A DNA stretch of 58,945 nucleotides, from assembly GCA_042408925.1 (NCBI GenBank), contig JBHOQO010000078.1, positions 1 through 58,945 on the forward strand. The letters run 5' to 3'. Shown piece after piece: positions 30,466-40,750 of this stretch (its first letter is position 1; each line of letters starts with the position of its first letter). The position numbers were made by a program, and so were the translations under genes. Under the pieces are notes generated by a model that saw only the letters and a program-made list of their open reading frames with translations, had not been told where the DNA came from and ran no database searches. The stretch is from Chloroflexota bacterium (GTDB lineage Bacteria; Chloroflexota; Limnocylindria; Limnocylindrales; CSP1-4).

Positions 30466-30915
30466 CTACGCCGAGGGCCGCCGGACCCCCTGGAGGACGA
30501 GGAGGAGGCCGACCGCGACGAGGGCCGCCGGCCAGACGAGGTCCCAGTCGATCCGGATCACGAACCAGCGATCGACGAGGAAAACGAGCCCGACGAGGAC
30601 GAGGAGGGCTCCGAAGACGACCGCGAGGTCCTCGCTCCGGGTCTGCCCGCCCGACGGCGCCCCAGCGCCCGGCGCCCCGGATTCCGACGACACCGGCCCC
30701 CCGGCGGGCGGCGCCGCCGCACCGACCGGTCGCTCGGGGACGACGACCGCCATGACGATGTAGAGGACGACGAAGGGGACGACCGCCGTCGCCAGGGCGA
30801 GGACGACCCACGCGATCCGGATGAGCGACGGGTCGACCTTCAGCCACTCGGCGAGCCCGCCGCAGACGCCCGCGAGGACCCGATCGCTCCGCGACCGGTA
30901 GAGCCGCTCGGTCAT
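30466..30915 (-). CDS. pspC: PspC domain protein with C-terminal LiaI/LiaF-like TM region
   Basis: RLYRSRSDRVLAGVCGGLAE, YIVMAVVVPE, LVWPAALV. Confidence 0.88.
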   Translation of the reverse strand: MTERLYRSRSDRVLAGVCGGLAEWLKVDPSLIRIAWVVLALATAVVPFVVLYIVMAVVVPERPVGAAAPPAGGPVSSESGAPGAGAPSGGQTRSEDLAVVFGALLVLVGLVFLVDRWFVIRIDWDLVWPAALVAVGLLLVLQGVRRPSA

Positions 30916-30969
30916 CGACACCATCCTACGCCACGACCCGCCCCGTCGGTCCGCCGAGGCGGTCCGTCG

Positions 30970-32403
30970 CTACACCATCTTGCCCGGGTTCAGGATCCCG
31001 GCCGGGTCGAGGGCGGCCTTGATCCGGCGCATGACGGCGACGACCTCCGGACCCCGCTGGACCTCGAGGTACGCCTTCCGGGCGACCCCGATCCCGTGCT
31101 CGCCGGTCACCGTCCCGCCGAGGCCGATCGCCGCCCGGTAGAGCTCGTCGCGGACGAGGGCGTCGCGCTCGGCCGCCGTCGGGTCGTCGCGGGAGAAAAC
31201 GAGGGTCGGGTGGAGGTTCCCGTCGCCGGCGTGGCCGAAGGTCGGGATCGGGACCCCCTGGCGGGCCGAGATCGCCTCGATGGCCCGGAGCATCTCCGGG
31301 ATCCGCGCCCGCGGCACCCCGACGTCTTCCATGTGGGCGATCCCGAGTCGTTCGAGGGCCCGGTAGGCGAGCCGCCGACCCTGGCGAAGCCAGTCCGCCT
31401 CCTGGGGGTCGGCCGCCCGAAGCGTGAACGACGCCCCGGCCGCCCGACAGGCCGCCTCGGCCGCCTCGAGCTCCGCCTCCGCCGCCGCGCCCGGGAGGTC
31501 CGATTCGACGAGGAGGAGGGCCGCCGCCTCGCGATCGAGGCCAAGCTGCTGCCAGTCGTCGACGGCGGCGATGGTCGCCCGGTCCATGAGCTCGAGGGTC
31601 GCCGGTCCCAGCCCCCGGGCGGTCATCGCGCTGACGGCCTCGCCGGCCGCCTCGAGGCTCGGGAAGAAGGCGAGCATCGTCAGCTTCGGGGGCGGCGCCG
31701 GCCGGAGCCGGAGCGTCGCCTCGGTGACGATCCCGAGGGTCCCCTGGGAGCCGACGAAGAGCTGCATGAGGGCGTACCCGGCGACGTCCTTGACGTTCTT
31801 CCCGCCGAGCCGGAGGACGGTCCCGTCGGCCGTCACGACCTCGAGGCCCAGGACGGCGTCCCGGGTGACGCCGTACTTCACGCAGCAGAGCCCACCGGCG
31901 TTCGTGCCGAGGTTGCCGCCGATCGAGCACTGCTCGTAGCTCGCCGGATCGGGCGGGTAGAAAAGGCCGTGCTCGGCGACGGCGGCCTTCAGCTCGGCGT
32001 TGATGATCCCCGGCTGGACGGTGACGGTGAGGTTCGCCGGGTCGATCTCGAGGATCCGCTTCATCTGGGTGAAGGCGATCGTCAGGGCGCCTTCGATGCC
32101 GGCCGCCCCGCCCGAGAGCCCAGTTCCCGCACCGCGCGGGACGATGGGCACCCGGTGGGCAGCGGCGAGGCGGACGAGCTCGACGACCTCGGCGGTCGTC
32201 GTCGGCAGGGCGACGGCGCCCGGGAGCCCGGCCTCGAGGAAGGCGGTCTCGTCGCGGCGATACGACTCGCGGTCGAGCGGGTCGGTGAGGAGCCGCAACC
32301 CGGGGAGGCGGTCGCGGATGGCGCCGACGAGGGCCGCCGTCCGATCGGGCGGGACGGTCGGGAGCTCGATGGTGGCCGCAGGCCCGGCCTGACGCTCGTG
32401 CAC
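30970..32403 (-). CDS. FAD-linked oxidase, GlcD/D-lactate dehydrogenase family
   Basis: PRGAGTGLSGG, YPPDPAS, IGGNLGTNAGG, GHAGDGNLHP, GEHGIG, DPAGILNPGK. Confidence 0.93.
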   Translation of the reverse strand: MHERQAGPAATIELPTVPPDRTAALVGAIRDRLPGLRLLTDPLDRESYRRDETAFLEAGLPGAVALPTTTAEVVELVRLAAAHRVPIVPRGAGTGLSGGAAGIEGALTIAFTQMKRILEIDPANLTVTVQPGIINAELKAAVAEHGLFYPPDPASYEQCSIGGNLGTNAGGLCCVKYGVTRDAVLGLEVVTADGTVLRLGGKNVKDVAGYALMQLFVGSQGTLGIVTEATLRLRPAPPPKLTMLAFFPSLEAAGEAVSAMTARGLGPATLELMDRATIAAVDDWQQLGLDREAAALLLVESDLPGAAAEAELEAAEAACRAAGASFTLRAADPQEADWLRQGRRLAYRALERLGIAHMEDVGVPRARIPEMLRAIEAISARQGVPIPTFGHAGDGNLHPTLVFSRDDPTAAERDALVRDELYRAAIGLGGTVTGEHGIGVARKAYLEVQRGPEVVAVMRRIKAALDPAGILNPGKMV

Positions 32404-32525
32404 GGCGGGATCGTACCGCGGGCTGGATGCGGGATGCCCGCGGATGCGGGCCGCGCGACGACCGGCGTGGCGAACCCGACGATCGGGCGGGTGACACGGA
32501 CGGCCGGCCGGCGCAGAATGCCCCC

Positions 32526-34190
32526 ATGACGGCCACCTCGGTCATCGCCCGGCTCGCGCCCGGCCCCCGACGGCGCACCGTGCTTCTCGTGCTGGCCGTG
32601 GCCTGGGTCGCCGTCGCCACCGGGCCGGCCTGGTCGTCGAGGAGCCCGACGCCGCCGCTCGCCCCGGGCGCCGACCTCGGGCAGCTCCGGCTCGCGGAAG
32701 CGAGTCGCGCCCCGGCATCGACCGGCCTCCGGCTCGAAGCCATCGGCGGCCTCGACGACGAAGCGCCGGGGCCGTCGAGCCCAGCGCGGAAGGCACCGAC
32801 GACCGCTCCGAGCGGGCCCTCCGGCGAACCGTCGCGCCCGGGGCCCTCGAGCCTCGCCCCCGGCCTCCGGGCCGAGCCGGTCGCCGGACGCGCCGCCGGC
32901 CCGGACGATCCGGCCGGCGCCCCGAGCGGCCTCGAGCCGGGAGCCGTCGATCGGACGAGCCTCGATCTCGCCGCGACGTACGCCGTCACGGCGACGATCG
33001 GCTGGGCGAGCCGTTCCCTTGCCGTGACGACCCGGATCTCGATCACGAACCGAAGCGGGGGACCCGTCGACCACGTCCTCCTCAACACCGTCGCCGGGCC
33101 GCTCGGTCGCCTCCGAGGACTGTCCGTCGAGGTCGGGGGGCGGACCGTCCGGGCAACCCTGGACGACCAGACGATCCGCGTCCCCTTCAATGGGGTCCTC
33201 CCCGACGGCGGTTCCGTCGACGTCGTCGTCCGCTACCGGGCGACCGTCCGGTCCGACCTCGCCGGGCCCTCCCACTCGGCCTGGCAGTTCACCCGAACGA
33301 ACGGGATCCTCGACCTCTACCGCTGGATCCCCTGGTTGAGCCGCGCCCACCCCTTCGCCCGGCCGAACCACGGCGACCCCTTCGTCACCGTCGTGAGCCC
33401 GAAGGTGACCCTCGACCTCGTCGCCGACCGGCCCCTCCGCTACGCGATCAACGCCCGGCGGGTCGCCGTCGCCGACGGGGGTCGGCGGCAGCGCTTCGTC
33501 GCCGAGCAGGTCCGCGACGTCGTCCTCACGGCAGCCGCGGACCTGCGGACCCTGACCGGCACGGTCGGGCGGACCCGGATCGTCGTCGCGACCCGCCCCG
33601 GCGGCCCGGCGGCGACGATGCTCCGGGTCGCCCGCGACGCCGTTCGATCCTTCGAGCGGTTGCTCGGGCCGTATCCGTATCCGACCCTCGTCGTCGCCGA
33701 ATCGGCCGGCGGGTACGGCGTCGAGGGGCCGGGGATCATCTGGATCCCCCGCGGCATCGAGACGTACCGCCTCCGGTACTTGGTCAGCCACGAGATCAGC
33801 CACCAGTGGTTCTACGGCCTCGTCGGGAGCGACCAGGCGACCGACCCGTTCGCCGACGAGGCGGTCGCCGACATGGTCACCCGGTACGTCCTCGGGATGC
33901 GCCGCGCACCGCGTTGCACCTCGGGCCGCCTGGACCTGACGATCTACGACTACTCGGCCGCCTGCTACTACGAGCGGATCTACATCGCCGGCGGGAACCT
34001 CCTCGACGACCTCCGTCGGCGGATGGGGACCGCGACGTATTTCGCCGCCCTCCGGACGTATCTCGACGCCCACCGCTTCGGGATCGGGAGCACCGCCGAG
34101 CTCGTTGCGACCCTCGACGCGGCGACGCCCATCGACGTCCGGTCGTTCCTCGGGCGGCTCCTCCCGAGGCTTCGGGCGGGCGGTCCCTAG
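32526..34190 (+). CDS. Secreted M1/gluzincin-type metallopeptidase
   Basis: Signal peptide, Pro-rich linker, GYGVE, HEISHQWF plus downstream DE. Confidence 0.8.
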   Translation: MTATSVIARLAPGPRRRTVLLVLAVAWVAVATGPAWSSRSPTPPLAPGADLGQLRLAEASRAPASTGLRLEAIGGLDDEAPGPSSPARKAPTTAPSGPSGEPSRPGPSSLAPGLRAEPVAGRAAGPDDPAGAPSGLEPGAVDRTSLDLAATYAVTATIGWASRSLAVTTRISITNRSGGPVDHVLLNTVAGPLGRLRGLSVEVGGRTVRATLDDQTIRVPFNGVLPDGGSVDVVVRYRATVRSDLAGPSHSAWQFTRTNGILDLYRWIPWLSRAHPFARPNHGDPFVTVVSPKVTLDLVADRPLRYAINARRVAVADGGRRQRFVAEQVRDVVLTAAADLRTLTGTVGRTRIVVATRPGGPAATMLRVARDAVRSFERLLGPYPYPTLVVAESAGGYGVEGPGIIWIPRGIETYRLRYLVSHEISHQWFYGLVGSDQATDPFADEAVADMVTRYVLGMRRAPRCTSGRLDLTIYDYSAACYYERIYIAGGNLLDDLRRRMGTATYFAALRTYLDAHRFGIGSTAELVATLDAATPIDVRSFLGRLLPRLRAGGP

Positions 34191-34210
34191 GAGCCGGGCG
34201 GCACGCCCGG

Positions 34211-34318
34211 CCGCACGCCGGCCCCCGCACGCCCGCCCCCGGCACCTGCGAGCCGCTCAGCGACCTCACGGATGTCGTCGGCCCGCACGCCGGCCCCCGC
34301 ACGCCGGCCCCCGGCACC
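34211..34318. repeat. 36-bp direct repeat between convergent genes
   Basis: CCGCACGCCGGCCCCCGCACGCC(C/G)GCCCCCGGCACC at 34211 and 34283. Confidence 0.75.
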
Positions 34319-34330
34319 CCCCGTCGCGCG

Positions 34331-35290
34331 CTACGTGCCGACCCGCCGTTCCGCCGCGAGCGCCTGCGGCATCGTCCGCCACCCGACCGGCAGGCACCGC
34401 GCCCACGCCCGCCAGGTCCACGTCAGCCAGGCCGCCACGACCCGCTCCCGCCGTCCCCACCGGATCCCGAACTCGGCCCGGACCGGCTCGGGGAGGAGCC
34501 CGAGGGCCGGCCAGAAGACCCAGCCGTACGCCGCCGGAGGGACCGCTTCGAGGAGCGGCCGAACCGTCCGCCCGAGCCGTCCGAGCGGCCCGCCGATCAT
34601 GAGCCCGTCGGCGAGCGGCCCGAGGGGCGGGGTGAGGATCGCCCGGGCGAGCTCGCGTGCCGTCGGGGTCACGACGATCGGGCCGTCGGGGCCGAGCATC
34701 CGCTCCAGATACGCCTCGAAGGCAGCGAGATCCGCCGGCAGGAGCCGCTCCGGAATCCCGAAGGCGAGCCCGACCGCCCGCGTCTCGGCGTAGAAGCGGG
34801 CCCGCCGCGCCCGATCGAGCGGTTCGAGCCAGGCGTCGACGGCGACGATCGTCGAGTCGACGAGGGTCGCGTGGACCCAGAGGAGGAGGTCGGGGTCGAG
34901 GGCTTCGTAGGCGGACCCGAACCGCGAGCGGGCCGCCGGGTCGAGGATCGGTCCCCGGATCCGGCGGTGGAGCTCGACGAGGCGCCGGACCTCCCGTCGC
35001 GCGGCCGCCGGTTCGCCGTAGACGATCGTCAGGTACGAGCGGAGCGTGGCCCGAAGCCTGCGCCACGGGTCCTCCCGGAACGTCGAGTAGGCTGCGACCC
35101 CCTCGGCGACGAGCGGGTGGGCGATCTGAAGGAGGAGGGCCCGCGGTCCGGCCCCGAGGAGGAGGACGGCTTCCCGGTTGAGCCGCCAGGCCTCGCTCCC
35201 CGGGCCGTACCAGCCGTCGTTGCGCCGGGGTTCGGGCGGCGCCGTCTCGGACCCCGTCAGCGCTCCGCCGGCAGCCGCCCGACGACCCAC
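34331..35290 (-). CDS. Oxygenase MpaB (DUF2236) family protein; start uncertain
   Basis: GPGSEAW, ALLLQIAHPLVAEGV, RLRAT, YEALDPDLLLWVHATL. Confidence 0.82.
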   Translation of the reverse strand: MGRRAAAGGALTGSETAPPEPRRNDGWYGPGSEAWRLNREAVLLLGAGPRALLLQIAHPLVAEGVAAYSTFREDPWRRLRATLRSYLTIVYGEPAAARREVRRLVELHRRIRGPILDPAARSRFGSAYEALDPDLLLWVHATLVDSTIVAVDAWLEPLDRARRARFYAETRAVGLAFGIPERLLPADLAAFEAYLERMLGPDGPIVVTPTARELARAILTPPLGPLADGLMIGGPLGRLGRTVRPLLEAVPPAAYGWVFWPALGLLPEPVRAEFGIRWGRRERVVAAWLTWTWRAWARCLPVGWRTMPQALAAERRVGT

Positions 35291-35925
35291 CAGGCGACCG
35301 GGAACGCTGCCCCGGCCAGGGCGAGCTTCAGCATGTCGCCCGGCAGGAAGAGGAGCATCCCCTTCATGACGGCGTCGATCGGCGACATCCCGGTTGCGGC
35401 CATGAGCCACGGCACGCCGAAGACGTAGATGACGACGTTCCCGACAGCCATCGCGGCGACCGCCCCGAGGAGGCGTCGATCCCAGCCGAGCTCGGCGAGG
35501 CGGCCGACGACCGCCGCCGCGACGGGGAAGCCGAGGAGGTACCCGCCGGTCACCCCGAGCACGAGCCGCCCCTCCTTGAAGCCGAGGATCCGATCGAGCC
35601 CGGAGGCACCGTCGGCGTAGACGGGCAGGAGGGCGCCCATGAGGAGGTAGAGCCCGAGGGCCAGACCGCCCCGCCGAAAGCCGAGGGCGCCGCCCACGAG
35701 GAGGACCCCGAAGGTTTGCCCCGTGATCGGGACGGGGGTGAACGGCAGATGGATCGTGAAGCGGGCGGCGAGGGCGACGAGGAGTGCCCCGGCGACGATG
35801 AGGGCGGCGTGACGGGCGGCGGGCCCGATCCGCTCGCCGATCCGCACCGGGACGAGGAAGTCGGCAATCGTCAGCCCGCGCTCGGCCGCGGGGACGCGGG
35901 TGAGGGACGGAACGGAGATCGTCAT
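35257..35925 (-). CDS. bioY: Biotin transporter BioY
   Basis: LPFTPVPITGQTFGVLL, TGGYLLGF, FLPGDMLK. Confidence 0.93.
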   Translation of the reverse strand: MTISVPSLTRVPAAERGLTIADFLVPVRIGERIGPAARHAALIVAGALLVALAARFTIHLPFTPVPITGQTFGVLLVGGALGFRRGGLALGLYLLMGALLPVYADGASGLDRILGFKEGRLVLGVTGGYLLGFPVAAAVVGRLAELGWDRRLLGAVAAMAVGNVVIYVFGVPWLMAATGMSPIDAVMKGMLLFLPGDMLKLALAGAAFPVAWWVVGRLPAER

Positions 35926-36067
35926 GCGGCGAATGGTTCCTCCTCGTCACCGGCCGTCGGCCGGCCGGTGAGCCTACGGTCGAAACGACGGCGGCCGACC
36001 GAGGCGAGACCGGGTGCCTCCTCTTCCCCCGAGGCTGAGTCTCGCCACGCGGCCACCCGGCAGTCTA
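35926..36067 (-). promoter_or_regulatory. Structured 5' leader of bioY (three hairpins) with TAGACT -10
   Basis: Stems 36003-36046, 35977-36001 and 35947-35971, the last next to the GAGGAGG SD. Confidence 0.45.
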
Positions 36068-36137
36068 CCCGAACCGGCGGTCCGTCCACCGCCCCGACGC
36101 TCGTCCAAGAACCCGGCAGTCGCTGGGCCCGACAGCC

Positions 36138-38690
36138 TTACTCGTGGGCGAGCGCCGCGACGATCGGCAGTCGACTCGCCAGGCGGGCCGGGTACGCCGC
36201 GGCGAGGACGGCGACGAACGTCCCGAAGCAGCCCGCCAGGACGACGACGAGCCACGGGACCGCCGGTGGCCACGACCCGTTCCCGGGCCCCCGGGCGAGC
36301 TCGACCATGAGGAGGCCGGCCCCGACGCCGGCGACGACCCCCAGGAACGACCCGACGAGCCCGAGAACCCCCGCCTCGACGAGGATCGCCCGCCACATCT
36401 GGCGCCGGGTCAGCCCGAGGGCCCGGAGGATCCCGATCTCCCGGGTCCGCTCGACGACGCTCATCGTCAGCGTGTTCACGATCCCGAGCCCGGCGACGAC
36501 GACGGCGACGACGGCGAGCCCGTCGAAGAGCCCGAAGACCCGGTCGAGGGCCGCCGAGATCGCTCCGTGGATCGCCTCGAGCGAGCTCGGTTCGAGGGCG
36601 TATTCGCGGGCCGTCGCCTCGACGGCCGCCCGGTCGGGGGCCCGGGCCCCCGGCACGAGCCGGACCGCGAAGGCGTCGGCGCCCTCGACCCCGAAGACCT
36701 CCCGCGCCGTCGCCCAGCCGACGAGGATCGCCTCCCCGGCCCGCCCCGGGAGCGAGCGCTCGACGACCGCCGCGACCCGGAGCTCGACGCTCCGCCCGGC
36801 GCCGAGGGAGACCGGGAGGGCATCCCCAGGCCGGAGGCCGAGGCGATCGGCGACGGCCCTCGGAACGAGGACCGCCGGCCCCGCGTCGATGGCCGGCAGC
36901 GCCTCGGCCCGATCCGGTCCGGCGACGACCCGGAGCCGCCCGTCGGCGAGGAGATCCGCACCGACGACGGCCGCGGCGTCGAGCCGGTAGCCGAAGGCGG
37001 CGACGTCGAAGCTCGCGATCGGGCTGACCCGGGCGACCGCCGGCAGCGAGCGGAGCTCCTCGACCGCCGGCTCGTCGAGCCCGACGGGGCGGACCGAGGT
37101 GAGGACGAGGTCGCCCGGCACGACCCCTTCGATCCAGGCCGCGGCCGCTCTCCGGGCGTCGCCGGCGACGAGCCCGAGGGCGACGATCATCGCCAGCCCG
37201 ACCATGAGCGCCCCGGCCGTCACCGCCGTCCGGCTCCGGTCCCGCAGGAGCGCGACCCGGGCGAGCCGCTCCTCGAGCCGGACGGCGAGGGCGAAGGGGA
37301 GCCCGGCGAGGCGGCCAAGGGGGCCGAGGAGGAGCGGCGAGACGAGGGTGACGACGAGGAGGAGGGCGTAGACGAGGAGGGCCCGGAGGGCGTCCGGGTC
37401 GAGGGGGCCCGTCGGCCAGAGGAGCCAGCCGACGACGGCGACGATGCCGAAGACGAGGACGAGCCACCGCAGGCGGGCCGGACCGAGGGCCGGGCGGCCC
37501 CGGGCGGCGACGGCTTCGATCGGCGAGACGCTCCCGGCCCGGAGCGCCGGCTCGAGGCCGGCGACGACGGTGACGACGAGCCCGACCGCCGCCGCCGTCG
37601 CCACGATCGGGAGATCGACGGCGAGCGCGTCAAGGCGGACCGGGGTGAGGGCCCGGACCCAGGCGACGACGATCGCCCCGAGGCCGACTCCCCAGACCAG
37701 CCCGAGCCCGGAGCCGACGACGGCGAGGACGACGGCCTGGACGACGACGATCCGGCCGACCTGCCCGCGGCTCGCCCCGGCGGCACGCAGGAGGCCAAGC
37801 TCGCGGACCCGCTCGGCGAGGGTCATCGAGAGGGTGTTGAAGCTGAGGAAGGCGGCCACGAAGAGGGCGAGGGCCGCGACGAGGGCGGCCATCGACCGCA
37901 GGTCGGCCGTCGAGGCCCGGAGCCCGTCGGCGAGGTCGGCGGGCGAGGCGACGACGTACGGCTCGGCGGTGAGGCGCTCGGCGAGACGCCGGCGGACCGT
38001 CGCCGGGTCGACCCCGGGCACGACGACGACGTCGACCCGGTCGGCACCGCTCCGGGCGAGGAGCGCCCGCGCCCGCCCGATGGGGACGACGACGGTCCGG
38101 CCGGCACCGTCGACGAGCGGGCCGGGGCCGGCCACGATCCCGACGATCCGGACCCGCCCGGCGTCGGGTGGCGCCTCGGGGGCGCCGAGGATCGAGATCG
38201 TGTCGCCGACCTGGAGCCCGTCGGCCGCGGCGAGGGGTTCACTCACGAGGGCGACGGCGTCTCCGTCGGCGGCGCTCGCCGACGCCAGGTCGGTCCCCGC
38301 CGCCAGGAGCCAGTCCCGGACGAGGGGGTCGCGGACCGGGTCGATCCCGAGGAGCGTGACCGGGGCCGGGAGCGTCCCGCCCGAGCCAGCCGCGGGCGTC
38401 AGGTACGTTCGCCGCTCGATCGCCGGCGCCGCAACGGCGACGCCCTCGGTCGAAGCGATGGCCTCGAGGGTTGCTGCCGACAGGCCGACGCCCCGGAAGC
38501 CGCCGATCCGGAGCTCCGCCCGCCCGACGATGTCGCGGACGGTCCGATCGACGCCGGCCTCGACGCTAGCGTTCGTCGCCAGGGTCGCAAAGAGGATGCC
38601 GACGCCGAGGGCGACCCCGACCGCCGTGAGGGTGGTCCGCAGGGGTCGGGCGACGAGGCTCCGGACGGCGTAGCGGACGAGCCCGGCCAT
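36138..38690 (-). CDS. FtsX/MacB-like ABC permease (duplicated architecture)
   Basis: NTLSMTLAERVRELGLLRAAGA and NTLTMSVVERTREIGILRALG. Confidence 0.92.
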   Translation of the reverse strand: MAGLVRYAVRSLVARPLRTTLTAVGVALGVGILFATLATNASVEAGVDRTVRDIVGRAELRIGGFRGVGLSAATLEAIASTEGVAVAAPAIERRTYLTPAAGSGGTLPAPVTLLGIDPVRDPLVRDWLLAAGTDLASASAADGDAVALVSEPLAAADGLQVGDTISILGAPEAPPDAGRVRIVGIVAGPGPLVDGAGRTVVVPIGRARALLARSGADRVDVVVVPGVDPATVRRRLAERLTAEPYVVASPADLADGLRASTADLRSMAALVAALALFVAAFLSFNTLSMTLAERVRELGLLRAAGASRGQVGRIVVVQAVVLAVVGSGLGLVWGVGLGAIVVAWVRALTPVRLDALAVDLPIVATAAAVGLVVTVVAGLEPALRAGSVSPIEAVAARGRPALGPARLRWLVLVFGIVAVVGWLLWPTGPLDPDALRALLVYALLLVVTLVSPLLLGPLGRLAGLPFALAVRLEERLARVALLRDRSRTAVTAGALMVGLAMIVALGLVAGDARRAAAAWIEGVVPGDLVLTSVRPVGLDEPAVEELRSLPAVARVSPIASFDVAAFGYRLDAAAVVGADLLADGRLRVVAGPDRAEALPAIDAGPAVLVPRAVADRLGLRPGDALPVSLGAGRSVELRVAAVVERSLPGRAGEAILVGWATAREVFGVEGADAFAVRLVPGARAPDRAAVEATAREYALEPSSLEAIHGAISAALDRVFGLFDGLAVVAVVVAGLGIVNTLTMSVVERTREIGILRALGLTRRQMWRAILVEAGVLGLVGSFLGVVAGVGAGLLMVELARGPGNGSWPPAVPWLVVVLAGCFGTFVAVLAAAYPARLASRLPIVAALAHE

Positions 38691-38705
38691 CGTCCCGTCC
38701 GCCGG

Positions 38706-39458
38706 CTAGAGCCCGAGCCGGGCGAGCCGGGCGATGAGCGGCGCCGCGGTGTGGTCGGACCGCCGGCCGAGGGCGATCTCCTCGACGATCCGGCCGTCCT
38801 CGACGACGCAGACCCGGTCGGCGTAGGCGGCCGCCTTCGCGTCGTGGGTGACGAGGACGACGGTCTGGCCCTCGTCCTCGGACGACCGCCAGAGGGCGTC
38901 GAGGAGCTCCTTGCCGCTCGCGTAGTCGAGGTTGCCGGTCGGCTCGTCGGCGAGGAGGATGGCCGGTCGGGTGACGAGGGCCCGGGCGACGGCGACCCGC
39001 TGCTGCTCTCCGATCGACAGTTGATCGGGTCGGGCGCGGAGACGCTCGGTCAGGTCGACGAGCTCGACGACGGTCCGGATCCGGTCGGCGATCTCGCGCC
39101 GCCGGGTGCTCGCGCCGGCGATGGTCAGGGGCAGGGCGACGTTCTCGTAGACGGTGAGGAGCGGGATGAGGTTGAAGGCCTGGAAGACGAAGCCGGTCTT
39201 CTCGCGCCGGACGCGGGTCGCCTCGTCGTCGGAGAGGCGGTGGATCGGGACGCCGTCGAGGACGACCTCGCCGCTCGTCGGGCGGTCGAGACCGCCGAGG
39301 AGGTGGAGGAGCGTGCTCTTGCCCGAACCCGACGGGCCCATGATCGCGACGAACTCGCCGGGCGCGACCGAGAGCGAGACGCCGCGGAGGGCGTCGATGA
39401 CCTGGGGGCCGATGGTGTAGCGCTTCGTGAGCTCGCGGGCCTCGAGGATCGCTGCCAT
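38706..39458 (-). CDS. ABC ATP-binding protein (LolD/MacB type)
   Basis: [32 protein letters not shown]; TATCGT 8 nt before ATG 39458. Confidence 0.93.
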   Translation of the reverse strand: MAAILEARELTKRYTIGPQVIDALRGVSLSVAPGEFVAIMGPSGSGKSTLLHLLGGLDRPTSGEVVLDGVPIHRLSDDEATRVRREKTGFVFQAFNLIPLLTVYENVALPLTIAGASTRRREIADRIRTVVELVDLTERLRARPDQLSIGEQQRVAVARALVTRPAILLADEPTGNLDYASGKELLDALWRSSEDEGQTVVLVTHDAKAAAYADRVCVVEDGRIVEEIALGRRSDHTAAPLIARLARLGL

Positions 39459-39519
39459 GGCCCCCGACGATACACGCCGGAGGCCGGCGGCGTCACGCGA
39501 TGGGCGGTTCGGACGAGGG

Positions 39520-40488
39520 TTACCAGCCGAAGAAGGAGCCGGCGACGCCGCCGACGATCGTCTCGACGAGGCTCGACGGCCCGAGGCCCTCGACGACGCC
39601 GAGGCCGGGCGGTTCGACGGCGGCCGGGACGGGGCTCGGCGAGCCGCTCGGCGGGACGCTCGCGGGCGCGACGGGCGGGAACGTGCCCGGACTCGGCCGG
39701 AGGACGTCGTCCGGCGTCGGCGTCGGGGTCGGGGTTGGCGTTGGCGTTGGGGTTGGTGTGGCGACGGGGGTCGGCTTCGGGGTGGCGACCGGGGTCGGCT
39801 TCGGCGTCGGCTTTGGGGTCGGCTTCGGGGTGGCGACGGGGGTGGGCTTGGGGGTCGGCTTCGGGGTCGGCTTCGGGGTCGCTGCCGGCGCCGTCGAGCC
39901 GCACTTGTCGGCGAAGAGGACCGTCCACATCTTCTTCCCGTTCGGGCCCTTGTAGGCGCCGACGCCGATGACATCCCAGGCCTTGCCGAGGATGTTCTCG
40001 CGATGGCCGGACGAGTTCATGAAGGCGTCCTGGATCGCCTGAGTCGCGACGTCGTCGGGATAGTTGTTCCAGCCGATGTTCTCGCCGGCCAACTTGAAGC
40101 AATACCCCCGCCGCGAGAGCTCGGCGAAGACCGAGTCGACGCCGCCGTTCGGAGGCGGAACTTCGTGCGAGAAATAGTCGCGGACGATCATGTCCTTGCT
40201 CCGCCAGCGAGCGACGTCGGTGAGGACCGAATCCTTCTTGAGGGCCGGCAGGCCGGCCGCCGCTCGGGCCTGGTTCGTCAGGGCGAGGAGCTCGCTCTCG
40301 GATTCGGCGCTGAACGAGTTCGCCGCCCAGTCGATGGCCCGGGCCGGGGCGGCCCCCAGTCCGGCACCCAGGAGCGCGACGGCCACGGCCGCGGCGAGAT
40401 ATCCGGGGAGCCGGCGGGCGCGACCTCGGGAGGCCGCGGGGGCGGGGCCGGAGTTCAGCTGGTCGACGCGGGCAGTCGTGGTGGCCAT
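39520..40488 (-). CDS. Secreted CAP/SCP domain protein with Pro-Thr-rich linker
   Basis: Signal peptide; [35 protein letters not shown]; (PKPT)n/(PT)n repeats. Confidence 0.9.
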   Translation of the reverse strand: MATTTARVDQLNSGPAPAASRGRARRLPGYLAAAVAVALLGAGLGAAPARAIDWAANSFSAESESELLALTNQARAAAGLPALKKDSVLTDVARWRSKDMIVRDYFSHEVPPPNGGVDSVFAELSRRGYCFKLAGENIGWNNYPDDVATQAIQDAFMNSSGHRENILGKAWDVIGVGAYKGPNGKKMWTVLFADKCGSTAPAATPKPTPKPTPKPTPVATPKPTPKPTPKPTPVATPKPTPVATPTPTPTPTPTPTPTPDDVLRPSPGTFPPVAPASVPPSGSPSPVPAAVEPPGLGVVEGLGPSSLVETIVGGVAGSFFGW

Positions 40489-40661
40489 CGATCCTTTCTC
40501 GGACGGGGCACGCGGGGACTCGTGCCGACCCCGAGCCTAGGCGGACCACCTCCCGTCGTCAGCCCGCGCGATCGTCCCCGGGAGCGACCGACCGGGGTAC
40601 CAGGCCGACTCCTGCAAACCGACCAGAACGCCACGCTTCCGCCCCGCCGCCGGCGACGCCC

Positions 40662-40728
40662 GGTGCGGGCCGGCACCGGGGATGCCCGGGGTGTGGGCCG
40701 GCACCGGGGATGCCCGGGGTGCGGGCCG
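40662..40728. repeat. 28-bp tandem duplication
   Basis: GGTG(C/T)GGGCCGGCACCGGGGATGCCCGG x2 plus a partial copy. Confidence 0.8.
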
Positions 40729-40750
40729 CCGTCCGCGACCGCTCGGCGGA

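Noticed and set aside
39700-39890. DNA tandem repeat as a separate element
   Set aside because: It encodes the PT/PKPT linker of the CAP protein
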